A stretch of 64,000 bases of DNA, from contig CP068257.2 in assembly GCA_009914755.4 (NCBI GenBank), forward strand, positions 1,312,001-1,376,000, given 5' to 3'. The stretch is from the human T2T-CHM13v2.0 reference genome, Homo sapiens. Within the stretch, counting starts at the first letter, position 1; each line of letters starts with the position of its first letter. The notes beneath the pieces are model-generated. The model did no database searches. It had not been told where the DNA came from and saw only the letters and a program-made list of their open reading frames with translations. The position numbers and the translations under genes were made by a program. This document shows positions 61,141 through 64,000 of the stretch, piece by piece.

Positions 61141-64000
61141 CATCAAATATATATTAGGTACATAAAATATGAAAGTACATCAAATATAGATTATATACTG
61201 TACATAAAATATCAATGTACCCCAAATATATATTTTATACTCTACTTGAAATATCAAAGTTCACAAACCATACATTATATACTGTACATAAAATATCAAA
61301 GTACCCAAGGTATATATTCTATACTGTACAAAAAATATCAAAGAACCCAAAGCATGTATTATATACTGTACCTAAAATATGAAAGTACATCAAATATATA
61401 TTTTATTCTGTACATAAAATATCAAAGTACACCAGATATATATTCTATAGTGTACATAAAATATCAAAGTACCGAAACTATACATTATACACTGTACATA
61501 AAATATGAAATTACATCAAATATATATTAGGTACATTAAATATGAAAGTACATCAAATATAGATTATATACTGTACATAAAATATCAAAGTACCCCAAAT
61601 ATATATTGTATACTCTACATGAAATATCAAAGTTCACAAACTATATATTATATACTGTAAATACAATATCAAAGTACACAAGGTATATATTCTATACTGT
61701 ACAAAAAATATCAATGTACCCAAAGCATGTATTATATACTGTACATAAAATATGAAAGTACATCAAGTATATATTTTATTCTGTACATAAAATATCAAAG
61801 TACACCAGATATATATTCTATAGTGTACATAAAATATCAAAGTACCCAAACTATACATTATATACTGTACATAAAATATGAAATTACATCAAATATATAT
61901 TATATTAGGTACATAAAATATGAAAGCACATCAAATATAGATTATATACTGTACATTAAATACCAAAGTACCCCAAATATATATTTTATTCTGTACATCA
62001 AATATCAAAGTTCACAAACTATATATTATATACTGTACATAAAATATCAAAGTACCCATGGTATATATTCTACACTGTACAAAAAATATCAAAGTACCCA
62101 AAGCATGTATTATATACTGCATATAAAATATGAAAGTACATCACATATATTTTTTATTCTGTACATAAAATATCAAAGTACACCAGATATATATTCTATA
62201 GTGTACATAAAATAACAAAGTTCAAAAACTATAAATTATATACTGTACATAAAATATGAAATTACATCAAATATATATTAGGTACATAAAATATGAAAGT
62301 ACATCAAATATAGATTATATACTGTACATAAAATATCAATGTACCCCAAATATATATTTTATACTCTACATGAAATATGAAAGTTCACAAACCATATATT
62401 ATATACTGTACATAAAATATCAAAGTACCCAAGGTATATATATATTCTATACTGTACAAAAAATATCAAAGTACCCAAAGCATGTATTATATACTGTACA
62501 TAAAATATGAAAGTACATCAAATATATATTTTATTCTGTACATAAAATATAAAAGTACACCAGATATATATTCTATAGTGTACATAAAATATCAACGTAC
62601 CCAAACTATACATTATATACTGTACATAAAATATGAAATTACATCAAATATATATTATATTAGGTACATAAAATATGAAAGCACATCAAATATAGATTAT
62701 ATACTGTACTTTAAATACCAAAGTACCCCAAATATATATTTTATACTGTACATCAAATATCAAAGTTCACAAACTATATATTATATACTGTACATAAAAT
62801 ATCAAAGTACCCATGGTATATATTCTATGCTGTACAAAAAATATCAAAGTACCCAAAGCATGTATTATATACTCTACATAAAATATGAAAGTACATCAAA
62901 TATATATTTTATTCTGTACATAAAATATCAAAGTACACCAGATATATATTCTATAGTGTACATAAAATATAAAAGTACCCAAACTATACATTATATACTG
63001 TACATAAAATATGTAATTACATCAAAAATATATTATATTAGGTTCATAAAATATGAAAGTACATCAAATATAGATTATATACTGTACATAAAATATCAAA
63101 GTACCCCAAATATATATTATATACTCTACATGAAATATCAAAGTTCACAAAGTATATATTATATACTGTACATAAAATATCAAAGTACCCAAGGTATGTA
63201 TTCTACACTGTCCAAAAAATATCAAAGTATCCAAAGCATGTATTATATACTGTATATAAAATATGAAAGTACATCAAATATATATTTTATTCTGTACATA
63301 AAATATCAAAGTACACCAGATATATATTCTATAGTGTACATAAAATAACAATGTACACAAACTATAAATTATATACTGTACATAAAATATGAAATTACAT
63401 CAAATATATATTAGGTACATAAAATATGAAAGTACATCAAATATAGATTATATACTGTACATATAATATCAATGTACCCCAAATATATATTTTATACTCT
63501 ACATGAAATATCAAAGTTCACAAACCATACATTATATACTGTACATAAAATATCAAAGTACCCAAGGTATATATATATTCTATACTGTACAAAAAATATC
63601 AAAGTACCCAAAGCATGTGTTGTATACTGTACATAAAATATGAAAGTACATCAAATATATATTTTATTCTGTACATAAAATATCAAAGTACACCAGATAT
63701 ATATTCTATAGTTTACATAAAATATCAAAGTACCCAAACTATACATTATACACTGTACATAAAATATGAAATTACATCAAATATATATTAGGTACATAAA
63801 ATATGAAAGCACATCAAATATAGATTATATACTGTACATATAATATCAATGTACACCAAATATATATTTTATACTCTAAATTAAATATCAAAGTTCACAA
63901 ACCATACATTATATACTGTACATAAAATATCAAAGTACCCAAGGTATATATTCTATACTGTACAAAAAATATCAAAGTACCCAAAGCATGTATTATATAC

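Larger units (their letters stand above)
1..64000. repeat. Continuous tandem satellite array: 42-bp monomer organised into a 9-monomer higher-order repeat (HOR) of 378 bp, or 373 bp in a short form. About 170 HOR copies. The array runs off both window edges.
   Basis: The 42-bp periodicity is visible directly (tgtacataaaatatcaaagtac... recurs every 42 bp). Nine monomer subtypes recur in fixed order. In the HOR at 6567, m1 is ggtacataaaatatgaaagtacatcaaatatagattatatac and m9 is tgtacataaaatatgaaattacatcaaatatatatt[atatt]a; the other seven subtypes are listed in the findings. atgaaattacatc landmarks lie at 6567, 6940 and 7318, spaced 373 and 378 bp. The translated ORFs show an exact 14-aa (42 nt) periodicity. 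Confidence 0.97.

Noticed and set aside
1-64000. CRISPR-like regularly spaced repeats
   Set aside because: The period is 42 bp with no unique spacers between repeats. The 'spacers' are just the variable half of the same monomer, recurring in HOR order. The ~25% GC and the eukaryotic satellite-like higher-order structure also argue against it, and there are no cas genes.
1-64000. Gene for a highly repetitive Tyr-rich structural protein (silk-, adhesive- or cuticle-like)
   Set aside because: Such a gene would need a defined start, a signal peptide and an end. Here the 'repeat protein' extends to both window edges, is interrupted by frameshifts every few HORs, and its variation tracks DNA-level satellite variants.
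1-64000. Abundant TATA-like (tatatatt, tataaaat) and poly-A motifs that resemble promoters or terminators
   Set aside because: They are intrinsic to the AT-rich monomer and recur every 42 bp. There is no positional relationship to any credible transcription unit.

Overview
The whole 64-kb window is one uninterrupted, AT-rich (about 75% A+T) tandem satellite array with marked strand asymmetry (the + strand is very G-poor). I find no credible protein-coding gene, RNA gene, mobile element or CRISPR array, and no undescribed biological system; the window is satellite DNA.

- **Monomer:** 42 bp, made of a conserved ~22-bp core (tgtacataaaatatcaaagtac) and a variable ~20-bp half.
- **Higher-order repeat (HOR):** nine distinguishable monomer subtypes (m1-m9) in fixed order give a 378-bp HOR. 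A 5-bp deletion (atatt) in m9 gives a common 373-bp form.
- **Super-structure above the HOR:**
  - 3-HOR units of about 1125-1128 bp.
  - A ~3.76-kb, 10-HOR super-repeat, marked by a diagnostic degenerate monomer (cataaaataaagtcccc...ctgtagaaaaaat) that recurs 13 times between 7.86 kb and 52.29 kb.
  - Segmental duplications of several kb at offsets of about 3.0, 3.76, 3.83, 6.39, 11.5, 12.2 and 14.0 kb, some differing by exactly one or two HORs.
- **ORF track:** every ORF in the six-frame track is an artefact. The 42-bp and 378-bp periods are multiples of 3 and one + frame is almost stop-free, so it translates to Tyr/Ile/Lys-rich 14-aa periodic pseudo-peptides of up to 936 aa. Each ORF end coincides with a 373-bp HOR frameshift or with one of a few variant monomers that carry an in-frame stop.
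- **Possible identity:** the monomer length, composition and core motif resemble, from memory, the primate 42-bp AT-rich classical satellite I (HSat1A/SAR). I cannot confirm this without an alignment.

All coordinates for duplication boundaries are approximate (about ±20-50 bp).
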